This document shows, piece by piece, positions 10,801 to 22,799 of a stretch of DNA of 64,000 nt (the stretch's first letter is position 1; each line of letters starts with the position of its first letter). The notes under the pieces are model-generated. The model worked only from the letters and a program-made list of their open reading frames with translations. It did no database searches and had not been told where the DNA came from. The translations under genes and the position numbers were made by a program. Location of the stretch: contig NC_087437.1 of NCBI RefSeq assembly GCF_036321535.1, positions 7,192,001 to 7,256,000 of the forward strand. The letters are read 5' to 3'. This DNA comes from Camelus dromedarius. Its lineage: Eukaryota.

Positions 10801-11779
10801 CTTGACTGGCTCTGGGCAATTTGAACGTGTAGTTCTTCCTAAAGCAGAAAGGAATGATGTGTAAAATATGTTGCCCCGGTGCAATTATGAAGAGTGCCTC
10901 CTTTCACTCCCAAGAATGTTCTAGATTGCATGATAAATTATATGGTCATGCTGAGCTTTGGTCCTTCCCCACCTCCACTTTAATCAGACCAGCTCTTCTT
11001 TGACTTATTTAAAATACTGGGGTGCAGCATAAAATTTAATTTAAGCAATGCTCTTCGAAGCCAAAAAAAAAAAAAAAAAAGAGAAACTCACTGATCTAAG
11101 GTCCTCATTTATATGTTCAGTAGGCTTTATTGAAACATATCAACTCAAAATCTTGTTCTAGACAATATAAACAAATCAAAAACAAGCTTATCACCCACTT
11201 GGAAAGGAATGACAAGCACTACCATAAAAAGAAAAGTGTGTTTAAACTGAAATAAGATTCTCAGCTTAATGGCACTTCTGTGAGTTTATAAATGCAAATT
11301 TTCCTTTCCTATGAGCACGAGCTAATATGAGAGGGTGTCTTCCAGTGCGAAGTCAAAGTAAGGAAGTAAAGGACTTGTTTGACAAATTAATTATAGAAGA
11401 TTTTTTTTTCCAGGAGGATAACACAAATTTGCCATCAGCTTTTTCCACCAGAGGGTAGGTAGAAGAATAAAAGAAGTAATACCAGTTGGTAGTTCTTATA
11501 TGTGGTCAGATATACAAGATCATCTGAGTGATGCAGAATTGGTTGAGTAATACCAAATACTGAGTCTTGTGTGTAACTGTTTTAAAGAGAGAAGCCTTTT
11601 TTAGTGCCGCTCATTGTGTTAATGTGTCAATACTCTCATGGTCAGTTTCAGATACTTTTCTGTTTCCTGACAAACAAGACAAATCACGATCTTTGCTAAA
11701 AAAAAATCAGAAAGAAGTACAGAAAAGTTTAAGTGAGTAAAAATTTGTTTGTTTTGTTCTTCAGACTTCTTATAAACAA

Positions 11780-12050
11780 TTGTTGATGGCTACAGAATAT
11801 TCCCTTTCTGTGGATGCATATGATTAATTTAACTTTTTGTTGACTGTGTTCTTTTATTTTATATTTCTTTTTTTTTTTTTTCAGTTATAAACAAAACCAG
11901 GGCACACATCTTGGCCCCTAAATCTTTCTTTGTATCGCCAAACAGTCTATTAGGAAGAGATTCCTACCAGAGAAATAGTGGGGTGAAACAGTGAGCTCTT
12001 TTAAGGCTCTTATATCCAGAAGCCAATTTTGGGTAGAAAGTTGGCAATTC
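11780..12050 (-). mobile_element. L1ME-like LINE remnant
   Basis: ATGGCTACAGAATATTCCCTTTCTGTGGATGCATATGATTAATTTAAC...GATTCCTACCAGAGAAATAGTGGGGTGAAA. Confidence 0.55.
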
Positions 12051-13290
12051 CTTCTGCTGGAACCACGGTGACCCCTCTTGCTGCAGCCCCATTGTGCAAA
12101 GATCCTGGCACCTGAAAGGAGGAAACATAGTCAAACCCATTTGGTGGCTTTAAAAAAAAATCCAAGCAGTGCTCCCTGTGACAAGGAAGGGGACAGCTCT
12201 CAGCTTTGTTCCAATTTTAAAAACACTTGTCCATGTGACAGAGGATTTCATTTCTGTCTTCTATGTTATAAATCTTCAGCATGTGGTACAAACCAGCCAT
12301 TTTTAAGCTGTGCTTGGCAACCCCTTGTTTGCACATTGCTCAGATAATGCTTCGCTTTCCTGGTGCAGGGTCCGGGGGAGTAAGGATAAAATGTCATTCG
12401 AGTTTACGCTCCCAAGTCAAGCTTGAGAATCCCTATTTACTGTCTCTGTGGTTTGCTCTCGAGTTACTTTCTGCTTTCCCCAACTCTCTGGAGGAAACTT
12501 TGGCCACATTCCTTGTACTATTCCAAGCAATGAGAAGAATCCATAACAGTTCTCACCCCCTTCTACACTGTGGCATGTTAAGCACACGTGGAGTTTTTAA
12601 GGGTGAGCCAGGACTCGTGGAGGTAAGTGAGATTTGTATTTAAACAGAAATAAATGACTGAGTCTCTTGGGATGGAAACCCGTTTGGCGAATCCTCAAGA
12701 AAGGGCAGATTACTTCTGACAGGTCTCAACAGCCCAGGCAAATAGGATCATTTTACTGTATTTAACTAACACTGACAAAGGAATGCTTGATTAATGCCTC
12801 CCACTCAAATATCCCGGGACTGGCAGGTCACCTTTTCAAACCAATAGGCAGGTGAAGTGACTTCAGAATTCTCCTTCATATGCATGATTGCCACATGCTT
12901 CGAAAGGTCTGATGAAGACACGCTCCGGCAAGATCTCTGGTTTTCCTTGGCTTTTTGGAGGGGGGTGGGACGTTTTCCTTGAATGTGGGTAGGTCCATTT
13001 AGTAGAACACACATCTCTGCCAGACGAGTGTTACATTTATGATTTATTTATTTATGATTTGAAAATAGAATAAATAAATAGAAATCAAACCAACCCCTCC
13101 CGCCCCGATCATGAGGCGCTGGAGGTTACAATGCGTGGTTTGTGCAGTCCGTGAACCGTGTTCACACCCAGCTGTTTAGTGGGGTGCCACTTGTGTGTGC
13201 TACCTCTTCACCTGTCTAGGAGTCTCTCACTTTTGAGACTGAAAATAAAATCAATTCTTACTACCAGGAATTGAGGAGGAACCTACTCTA

Positions 13291-13393
13291 TTTTTTTTAA
13301 GATGTATTTTTTTTTAATGGTAGTACTGGGGATTGAACCCAGGACCCCACGCATGCTAAGCATGCGCTCTACCACTGAGCTATACCCATCCTC
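13291..13393 (-). mobile_element. vic-1-type camelid SINE (tRNA-Ala derived)
   Basis: Minus strand GGGTATAGCTCAGTGGTAGAGCGCATGCTTAGCATGCGTGGGGTCCTGGGTTCAATCCCCAGTACTACCA plus A-rich tail. Confidence 0.9.
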
Positions 13394-13769
13394 GTCCTAG
13401 TCCGTTCTTAAATCCAGAGACCCATTGTGTTTCTAGCATTGGCAATTCCAATAGCCAGAGTCATGACTTTCTCTCACAGCAATTAAGATCCCTCAGACGT
13501 CGTGGCCAGGAACAGGACACACAGCCAAGTCAACTGGCTCTTCTGGCCATCGGGACTAGAGCTTGAAATTTTCTCATGACAGGGGGCTGGGTCTAAGTTG
13601 GACCCAGCTCCTTGTTTCTGGGCATTTTTCAAGACTATGGCACTTTTAAGATTACATCAACTCATTTCATGTGTGATTCTGCATTTTAAAAAAAAGATGA
13701 TGGTTAAGTAGAATCCATCCATTGCATGAAGATCACCCCCAGTTCTACTCCACCGCCAAGAACCCCGAT

Positions 13770-13870
13770 TTTCTCTTTTGTTTGCTGCTGACCATTCAGC
13801 ACTGTAACGGAAGCTGCCACATCATAGATGTTCAATAAATTCTTATTGAAAGAATGAAAGGATGGCTTGT
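13770..13870 (+). mobile_element. L2 3' tail remnant
   Basis: CATAGATGTTCAATAAATTCTTATTGAAAGAATGAA. Confidence 0.6.
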
Positions 13871-14059
13871 GGATGCAGGGTTGGAAGAAGTCCTAGTCAG
13901 ACCTGCCTGGCCTCATGCAGTCTGTCAGGAATGTGACCTCGTGGACCAGCTGTGCCAGGAAAACATAGCAGCCACCAGAGGAAACCAGGGGTGTCACTGC
14001 CAGGCTGAGGGATGTGACGTGAGGGGGAAGGGGTGGGAGTGAGTGGGCCAGGCACTCCA

Positions 14060-14880
14060 ACTCACCTGTCAAATCTCACTTAAATTCCTCAAAGAGGCTT
14101 CCTCTGACCCCTCTCCCTGCCAGGGAGTTTTGGACCTTATTAGTTTTCCATGGCTGCTGCAAGAAATTACTACACATTTAAGGTCTTAAAATAACAGACA
14201 GAAACTTACCATCCTACTGCCCCATTGGTCCAAAGTCTGACTCAGGTCTCCCTGGGCTAGAACCAAGATGTTAACACTTCTTCCCTTCTGCAGGCCCTAG
14301 GGGAACATTTTCTTGCCTCTTCCAGCTTCCAGAAGCCTCCTGCTCCTCTTAGCTAGTGGCCTCCTCCTCCATCCTCAAAGCCAGTAATGACAGGTGAGCT
14401 CTTCTTCTCAGTATATCACTTCAGCCTCCTCTTCTGTGGTCAACAATCCCTCTGCCTTCCTCTTCCACTTTTAAAGACCCTTGTGATTAGATTGGGCCCA
14501 CTGAAACCATCCAGGATAATCTCTCCATCTCTCCATTCTTAATCACATCTACAAAGTCCCTTTGGCCATATAAGGTAGCAGATTCAAAGGTTCAGAGCAT
14601 GAGGATACAGACATCTTTTTTAGGGGGGAGGCATTATTCAGCCCACCGCAGGAAGCTTTTATTATATCCTCTGATAGCACTCTGCACTTTGTAGCATTCT
14701 TTATAACGTGTGACAAATGTTAACGCCTCAGCGTATTCTGTGACTATTCATTTAATGTCTCTTTACCCCACTACAATAAAGACCCAGGAAAATGTGAGCA
14801 CTGCCCGTTTTGTTTATTCCTGTATCCTCAAGTGCCTGGCACAGTACTTGGTTGATAGTGTCTGATCATTTTTTGTTGTT
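14060..14880 (+). mobile_element. L2 3' region, interrupted by MLT1
   Basis: CTCAAAGAGGCTTCCTCTGACC before the LTR; TTTGTTTATTCCTGTATCCTCAAGTGCCTGGCACAGTACTTGG after it. Confidence 0.65.
14136..14650 (-). mobile_element. MLT1C/D-like MaLR solo LTR, near full length
   Basis: TATTAGTTTTCCATGGCTGCTG...CCTTGTGATTAGATTGGGCCCAC...CCAGGATAATCTC...CATTATTCAGCCCACCGCA. Confidence 0.88.
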
Positions 14881-15829
14881 GTTACATGATTGAACATCAT
14901 ACCAACCTTATTTCATTTATGTTCTAATGTCTTTCCGAGACAGGGCTACCAGTCCCATTTTTTAGAAGAGGACACCGAGGTTCAGGGAGCAAATCGCTCT
15001 CCAGTCTCTTCCTGGTCAGCACCCCAACTTTGTATCATAGTCTGGTGTACTGTAGGTGGTACTAGATGCAACAGCCCTGAAGTTTGTCAGCAGACAGAAA
15101 GAAAGCTTCCAAGAAGGGCAGCAGAGACACTAACAAGTGCTGATGCCGCTGCCAGGGTCTGCTTGAATCTCTTGACTGGAAATAGTGGAGCGACTTGGTA
15201 AACATGAGCACTCACTACCAAACAGGGTTTCCTGGTCGGGCAGGTTTGGTGTCAGCCCCTCTGGACAGACAGCAAATTAGCTGTGTGGTTAACGGAGTTT
15301 TGATCACACTGGTGTCTTTCTGCTATTTCTACATATTCAAAAGAAAGTCTCAGTGATTTAAAAAAATGGTTTTTTTTCCCAAAATCTTCAGAACTCCTTT
15401 GTTCTTCCCTGGGTGGGCTCCTTGGCCGTGATGTAGCTAGTGTGTTCGGCCATTAGGTCAATCTGTGGCAAGAGTCCTTTACAAAGCTCAGCACAAATGG
15501 TTGGCCCATCGCAGGTACTCTGCCGCATTATTTGAATGGATAGTGACTGGAGCTGATGCTCCTTGGCGCTGGAGGGTTAGGGTTGTGGGAAGATGATGGC
15601 AATATCCATTTCTTTATGTTGATGATCTCTATTTTATTCCGGAAACTATCTGACACAGCTGTGTATGTGATGGTAAATTTCTGAAATCTGAGACCAGAAA
15701 TATGTTCCAAATCAGATGCTTTTCATGATAGTGCATCAGTGGCTTCAAGAGAAGAAAATCCTATGAGCTATCTGATGTTGAAACAAGATAACACCATGTG
15801 ATGGAATGAGATCAGGCCACGGAGGAAGG

Positions 15830-15990
15830 TGGATTTGAGTTTGTACCCCTGGATTTACCACTTCCTGGCTGTGAGAACTTGAACAAGTTGCTTAACATAT
15901 CTGAGCCTCAACTTGCATCTGTGAAATAGATATATGCTTTGAGCTTTAAAAGTCAATATTTTATGTGAAGAGAACATAACATAATGATTA
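15830..15990 (+). mobile_element. MIR SINE
   Basis: CCACTTCCTGGCTGTGAGAACTTGAACAAGTTGCTTAACATATCTGAGCCTCAACTTGCATCTGTGAAAT. Confidence 0.75.
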
Positions 15991-16945
15991 GATTCGAAAA
16001 TATTATTTCTCTTTTTCCCATCTTTCAAAGGGTTTAAAGGGATTAACCTTTTTGCCTTGCAAACATTTCTTCCAAGAGCAAGCATTAGCTTAAACTGTCT
16101 CATACCAATGTAATAAAAAGGAGTAAGCAATTAATAAATAATCAGTTCTGTGTTAGGCTAAGTTATTGACCACATGGACAAGGAAATGCCAGAAAACTCC
16201 CAAGAATCCTGGTGTAATACACCTTACAAAGTGGGAGAGACGTGGTCAGTGGGGCTGAGAGCTTTGCCACCAGCACAGAAGTGCAGAAATCTAACAGGTA
16301 TGAGGAGAATTACTATATATTCCAAGTCAGAGTCAGTCGGGAGAGAAATGTTCCGTTTCACTTAGTGATCGTCACTACCCAGCAGGATTTTGATGAGTCT
16401 ATTGATGTGGTTACCTGTATAAATCAGGATTTGATAAGGTTTCAGGGCCTTTAAATGAGCCCCACCTTCCTGTATAGGTGAACACATGCTTGTGGCACCA
16501 AACGAGTTCCCGAGGAAGTAATTATGCACACGGCAAGGGGCATGGCACTGAGAAGAACTGCACTGACTCTCACCTTATGTGAATGAAAAGCCAAAGAATG
16601 CCGTCAACGCCTCCGGGTTGAACTTGAAGACCACAGAGAGATGCCCTTGAAAATCAAGAAAGAAAAGCCATCAGTGAGAGCAGATCTTGACCTCGCAGCC
16701 TCATTGAATAAATTCAGACTTTTCAAAGAAAGGATGTGTCATAAGGAGGGAGGCCCCAGCCCGGTGAAAGGAAGATGACTGGGCAGAGCCTAACAGTGCC
16801 CATTCATGCATGCACTGCGGGGGAGCCCACAAGCTCTGGGATTCTGGCTCCATCAACAGGGCTACCCCTGTGTAAAATGGCTGCTTTAGGCTCTCTCCAT
16901 CCCCTGCCAATGCAATTCACTTCAGCCCTTCTGCTGATTCTGTGG

Positions 16946-17419
16946 TGAGACAGGAGGGGAAGGGGCAGGGCAAAACCATTAAAAGAATGATGTAGCTATC
17001 GAGTGTACTGTGCAAACTGGTTAGAACCAATCAGGCCCAAGGTGGCAGAAGATTCACCTTCCAGTGGACCTTGAACCTCATTATAGGCTCATTGTAATAC
17101 ATTAGCTGCTAAGTGACACACCCACAGGTGCCACGACAATTCCCTGGCTGACCGTAAAAGGCCAAAAAGTGGGCAGTGGCTCAGTTCCTGAACACCCCCC
17201 CCCCACCAAATTTGGTAAAATCCTCCAATTTGTTAGCCTATGAAATTACCCAGCCCATAAAAACTGATCACCTCCACACCCCAGGGCTACTCTCCCTTCT
17301 GAGATGGACTACATTCTGCCTGTGGAATGTGTATCTCTCTAAATAAACTTGCTTTTATTTTATTGTGGACTGCTCTTGAATTCTTTCCTCCACGAGACAA
17401 GAATCTCCTCTCCACTAAC
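16946..17419 (+). mobile_element. ERV1 solo LTR, MER41-like
   Basis: Starts TGAGACAGGAGGGGAAGGGGCAGGGC; CATAAAAA TATA-like box, AATAAA poly(A) signal at about 17342, CTTGAATTCTTTCCT U5 motif; 4-bp TSD GTGG at 16942-16945 and 17420-17423. Confidence 0.8.
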
Positions 17420-17776
17420 GTGGTCATCAGATAACTTTCCAACGGTCAGTTTGGCTATGATTGCCTCCATGAGGGAAGTGCGGACAGGATAGTTATGCAA
17501 CCAATGGTCTGGTAAATAGGACATACTCTGCACACACATCAATTTCATAATCTTTAGTCCAGCCTTGAGTGATCTCCTCGCAAAAGGGAGACTGAATTTG
17601 GAAGTTGTGTCCATAAAGGTAAACTAACTAAGTAACTGAACCCAATTAACTACCCAGTAGACTAACTGCCATCCTGTGAGGCTTTCAAGGAAATTATCAG
17701 CCTGTTTCCCAGGTAAGCAGAGTACCACTTGCAGACCTTTTCTGCATTTCTCCCTGTGCTGAATTACTCTGTTGAT

Positions 17777-17930
17777 CAAGAGCTGGCAAACTTTTCCTCT
17801 AAATGTCCAGATGGTGACTGTTTTAGGCTTTGTGGTCCATTGGTCTCTGTTGCAGCTCCTCAACTCTGCCATCACGGCGAGAAAGCAGCCATTGATGAAG
17901 CAAAAGTGGCTGTGTGCCAATCAGGCTTTA
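17777..17930. mobile_element. MER58A-like hAT MITE
   Basis: GGCAAACTTTTCC...TTTTAGGCTTTGTGG...TGGTCTCTGTTGCAGCTCCTCAACTCTGCC...GAAAGCAGCCAT. Confidence 0.85.
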
Positions 17931-18587
17931 TGCATCCTGGTACAGGTAGACTAAGAGTGAATTTGTGAACCAGCAAAGCAGAAGCACCTCCCCCAAATTA
18001 TTTTTGAAAGTCTGTGTGAATTTAAGAAAAGCAGTAAAGTGATAATGAAGGAGGAAGCCATCAGAACTTTGCTGGATTTCTTCAGCTGAAGAAAACATTA
18101 AGTGCTGTTTTGTCTTGAATTATATCTGGTAGGGATGGAAGGAGTTGGGCACCACTACTGTAATCTCCTTGGGCGTTAGGACCTCTAAAGAGCTGCACGT
18201 AGCTCTGGTTTGTGGATGTCCAACTGTTTGTAGGCATCCCTGTATCGAGCACTCCTCCTCTGTGAACACTCACCAATCTCCCCCTTCCACATGGATGAGG
18301 GAGACCTCATAGCTTCCGTCTTGTGTACAGTTATTTTTATTATTCTATTCTTACTTTATAGATACATTCTAGAAGCACCACATTCCTTGTCTTTCTCATA
18401 TTCAGTTTCCCCATATATTAAGTGGAACCAGAATACACACATCACAGTCGCTTTACAGGTTTTACTTTTTATGCCCTTGAGGGGAGAAGCTGTGTACCAT
18501 AGGGGCACCAGGGACTCTTAGGAGGAGTAAATGCTTAGTCAGTTTTGAATGAATGAGTTAATTTGATATAAGGTCTCTGGTCCCTCT

Positions 18588-18732
18588 GTTTTTTGTTTGT
18601 TTGTTTGTTTGTTTTGGAGTGGTAATTCGGTTTATTATTTATTTGTTTGTTTTTAATGGAGGCGCTGGGGATTGAACCCAGGGCCTCATGCATGCTAAGA
18701 TGTGCTCCACCCCTGAGCTCTACCCTCCCCCA
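18588..18732 (-). mobile_element. vic-1-type camelid SINE
   Basis: GGGGATTGAACCCAGGGCCTCATGCATGCTAAG...CCCCTGAGCTCTACCCTCCCC with (TTTG)n tail. Confidence 0.9.
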
Positions 18733-19274
18733 TGGTTTCTTTGGTTCACACTTCTCTTCCCTCTCTTCAGGTGAATAGCTTTTCTCTTTGGGTTCTAGAG
18801 TTCTCAGTTGTTCATTAGGCACACTCTGCCCTGGACTTTGTTGGATACCTGCCTACCTGTCTCTGAAACGTGTAAGAGAATTTAGGAATTCTGCCAAACC
18901 CCTGGGGCTATTTGACTATATGATACAAAAAGAGCCTGCTTGGGGTTCCCCTTTTTTTGTAGTTTCATTTCGAGTAGAAACTAGTGCTACAAAGATAATT
19001 TACAGAAAATGTACTTAAAAAGAGAGAGATGAGGAAGGTTCCTTACGAAAGAGGGGTGATGCTTATATCGGGAAAATGTACAACTCTTTGTAAATTATTT
19101 TAACGCCTTGTGAGTGCTTAAGGTTTAAGTGATATATGATGGAACAATATGTCTATATTTATCAGTTGCGTAGGTCTGTAATCAAAACAGACTGTCTCAG
19201 CAGCTGGGGGTACCCACACAGTCATTTATTTTGCATTTCCCAAAAAATCATTCAAGAGCTCATCTGCCTAGGGG

Positions 19275-19309
19275 TGTCCGTCAGGGTTTGCCAAACAGAA
19301 CCATTTTAT

Positions 19310-19354
<45 letters not shown>

Positions 19355-19789
19355 AAATACATACATTATATATATAAAACGTAGAAATTGAGAACTCTAG
19401 AAAATACAAAAAGACAAGACAGGGCTATTCACTTGAAAAAGAAAAAAAAATACAGAGAGAGACTAATTTTAAGGAACTGGCTTCTGTGATTGTGGGGCTG
19501 GCAAGTTTGATATCCTATGTAGGACAGTCCAGCAGGCTGGAAACTCAGGAGCCAGAGTTCTCTCCCCTCCAGGAAACCTCAGTTTCTGCTCTTAAGACCT
19601 TCTGACTAATTAGATGCGATATGGGCCCATCCATATTGTTGAGGATAATCTCCTTTATTTAAAATCAACTAGTTGGAAATGTTCATCGCATCTACAAAAC
19701 ACCTTCATGGCAACATCTTCGACTGGCGTCTGACCAAAGAGCTGGGCACCGTAGCTTACAGCAGTTGATACATAGCATTGACTCTCACA
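19275..19789 (-). mobile_element. MLT2 (ERVL) solo LTR
   Basis: TTTTAAGGAACTGGCTTCTGTGATTGTGGGGCTGGCAAGT...GATAATCTCCTTTATTTAAAATCAACT...CACCTTCATGGCAACATC. Confidence 0.85.
19313..19348. repeat. (CA)18 microsatellite
   Basis: 36-bp perfect CA run inside the MLT2 LTR. Confidence 0.95.
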
Positions 19790-21574
19790 CCAGGTTAGGA
19801 GCAAATCCAGCAATTTCTCTTCAGGCCGATGGCTCCCCCAAATTGTCAAAGCTTCCTGTGACTTGCACGCTTGAAAGAGCTCATCTGGCTTCTGAACCAC
19901 ACCTTGGAGCACTGGAAAGGACTTCTGGATCCCTAGCTGGAGCCTCCTTGAACAGTTGTGTTACTTCTGTTGCCACCACACAGCCTGCTAGTTGATACTC
20001 TCTGATTTGCTTCCCTCTTCAGTGTGGTGCTGGGTTACAGCTCTTTGAGTTCACGCACACTCACCAGATCCTGGCCCTAAACCATCTCTTTTATGCCTAA
20101 GGGATCCCCAGCTGCGGAAAGGTGCTGAGTTTTCTCATGAGCCACCTACGTGCAGACATTATGTTGGCCCTCCTTCTGATGTCTCATTTCTATCGTCTTT
20201 GTTTTCACAGACCTCAGCAGCTAGGCTAATCCTTTGCAGGCATTCTTAAAGTATCCCACCTCCAAAGAAAAGGGACTGTTTTCTCCCAGAAAGCTTCTTG
20301 CCCTTTAGTGACTATATCAACCTCCTTCCAGTTCTGAGCTCAGTATTCTATATATTTTGGGAAGGCAGCTATAAAGGGTCTACTACACCAGGGCAGGGGG
20401 GGACTCCCAGCCTTGTATTTGAATTACTAACAAAGATAACTTTTGTATTTACAGAAGAGTCAAAGATCTGCTTCTGGCTTCTTTCTGCATATAAAGCTTG
20501 GCTAGTGGCTTCTCCTGCAAAGGTTCAAATTTCATCCCAACAGAAGCATGCAGAAATATAACGTGTATGTGTTTGTGTGTAAGTACTGTTAGTCTGTTTT
20601 TGCGTTATACACTTTCTAATAGCATGAACCCTCCTCTGTAGTCTCAGAATACAGTAACCCTGGTAGGAAGAATTGGTATTTTGAGGCCATCTCATTATGA
20701 GACATTTTACTGCTCCAAGTTTCAATGGGGAACTCTGTATATAAATAATGGATACGAGGATTTCCTACTTCTAAATCGCCCAGACATAATCTATAAACTT
20801 GATTCACTTCAGTTAATGGAGTCTCTTCCCTAGCCAGACTGTTCTTTGTGTGACATTATTTTGGAGTTGGTTGAAATCCTTAACGCCTCATGAAGGAGCC
20901 ATGACATTTCCAGCTTAGGTGGTTCGTCCTGTCGTCCTTGGCTAAATTTTCTTTGTAGCCTAGTTAAAACTTGGACACCTGGGAGCTTAAATTACCCCTG
21001 TAGGATATTAGTATATTAGCTACCTATAAAAATGAAATTTATATGAAGCATCTGTTTACATGGAGCATCCCATAAAATTGTGGCAGAGAATTCAAAGGAA
21101 AAGGCTTTCAAATGAAGGTTTCATAGCCAAGAGCAAAAGGCTCTTGAGAGTGGCATCTAGATAACTAATTTCCATTTTATACAGTAACAAGAATTTTTAA
21201 TAGACAAAGGATCTCTTTTTTTCCCCCTACATGGCAGTCTAGAATATATAAAAGATTTCAAGTATCCTTCTATGTTCATAGGAGGTGTCTCAATGCTATT
21301 TATTGTATAATTATTGTTGGTTCCAAGAGCAAATAAGGGAACAGGGTATTAAGCATTAATTTGTTGACATGTCATGGAGGACGTGACAAGCACAGGCAGT
21401 AGTCCCTGATTCACAGCTAATTCCAATTGCTACCCAATAGTGAGAGATTATATTAAGTCACTGAGTGAAAGTAGCAAAGGGACCTAGAGTTGCATACAAA
21501 GGCAGATCCCATACTACCAATAGGTGAGTGAAGAGAAATCATTTTGAAAGTCAACAGTAGCAATCAGATATCCA

Positions 21575-22155
21575 GGCTAGTCCTCACTCTGGCATCCTTT
21601 GGTTGCAAATCCATGGCCAGTAGCTGTGCTAAACTTAATCCAAAGGAATAGAAGGAGGGAAAGGGAACCTATTTTTAAGCCACGTGATAACTCATAGATA
21701 TAAAGAAAGAGCTGAAGGAAGGAGGCTTGGAATAAACAGGAACCAGGGCAACCTAGAAATTATACTCAAAACACTTACCAACAGGTACAGGGTGGATACA
21801 GACCAAATGGAACTGATGACTGTGTGAAGCACTGGCACAGATGTAGGAGAGCATACTGACTAAAGATGAGCCCCGAGTCTGGGAAGCAGGACCCGGTAGA
21901 TGGTCTCTTAAGAGAATTCCCATGACAAGCAGCCCTTTCCCCTCCTCGTGTCACTTCTTTCAAGAGGAGGGGTTGATTATTCATCCTTGAGTTTTTTGCC
22001 CGCTGCTTGCCAAGAGGACGGCACAAGAAATAGATGCACGTGCTACCAAGCCAGCAGGTGACAATGGAGTGATACTTTCCAAGGGAAAATCAAGGGACTA
22101 CTATCAGAAAACAGAGATTGAACACTAGGTAGACAAAACCAACAGGTGCTTTTTA
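21575..22155 (-). mobile_element. Ancient MaLR LTR (MLT1K/N-like)
   Basis: CTTTGGTTGCAAAT...GGAACCAGGGCAACC...TTTCCAAGGGAAAATCAAGGGACTACTATCAGAA. Confidence 0.55.
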
Positions 22156-22799
22156 ACATCACCAAATCCTATATGAGTGTCAGTAGTTGCAATGGAACAA
22201 ACTTACCCCTTCCCATTCAGCTGCATCACCTCTTGTCACACATTTAGGACTCTTCTCCTCAATTAATCACATTCCTTCTCCTCTAGCTCTGGCATGTCTT
22301 CCAGTCTTTCTTTTCTCCTTTCCATAGTATTTCAATTGTAACATGAATTACGTAGATTTGAGATGTGGGGGACATCTCAAGCTAAGGATATAAGCATCAT
22401 TACAACATTGTTTCTCTGGGAAAAGGTGTTGATGTTGTACCAAAGAGAATGAGGCATTTCTCAGGGCATATGTGTCTCTTGGTTCAGGTGCGATGTACCC
22501 AAGGTGGTTGGAGGTGAACACGGCGACTCTCCTTGAAATAGTTTGGCTGTCTGGGATGTCATAAAACAGGTGATCCCCAAAACAAGGGAAGATTTTTCTT
22601 GGTAGTTGAGCTTCTCCATCCCTTTCAGGCACAAGCCAGACTTGTTGCTCTATTCACAGGTACTTATAAGTTAGGAAGTATCAGTACATAAATACTGACA
22701 GCCAAGATGACCAAGGGTCAGAAAGGGTTCGTAGGGAATACAGATAATACCAGTTACCAAGGGACAATCTGGTTCCAGGAGCTTGCCACACATAACATC

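Noticed and set aside
12621..12629. Consensus splice donor GAG|GTAAGT
   Set aside because: No convincing upstream acceptor or coding frame; isolated donors are expected by chance in 64 kb.
13318..13393. Possible genuine tRNA-Ala(AGC) gene
   Set aside because: The acceptor stem does not pair, an A-rich SINE tail follows, and two related copies occur in the window; it is a SINE.
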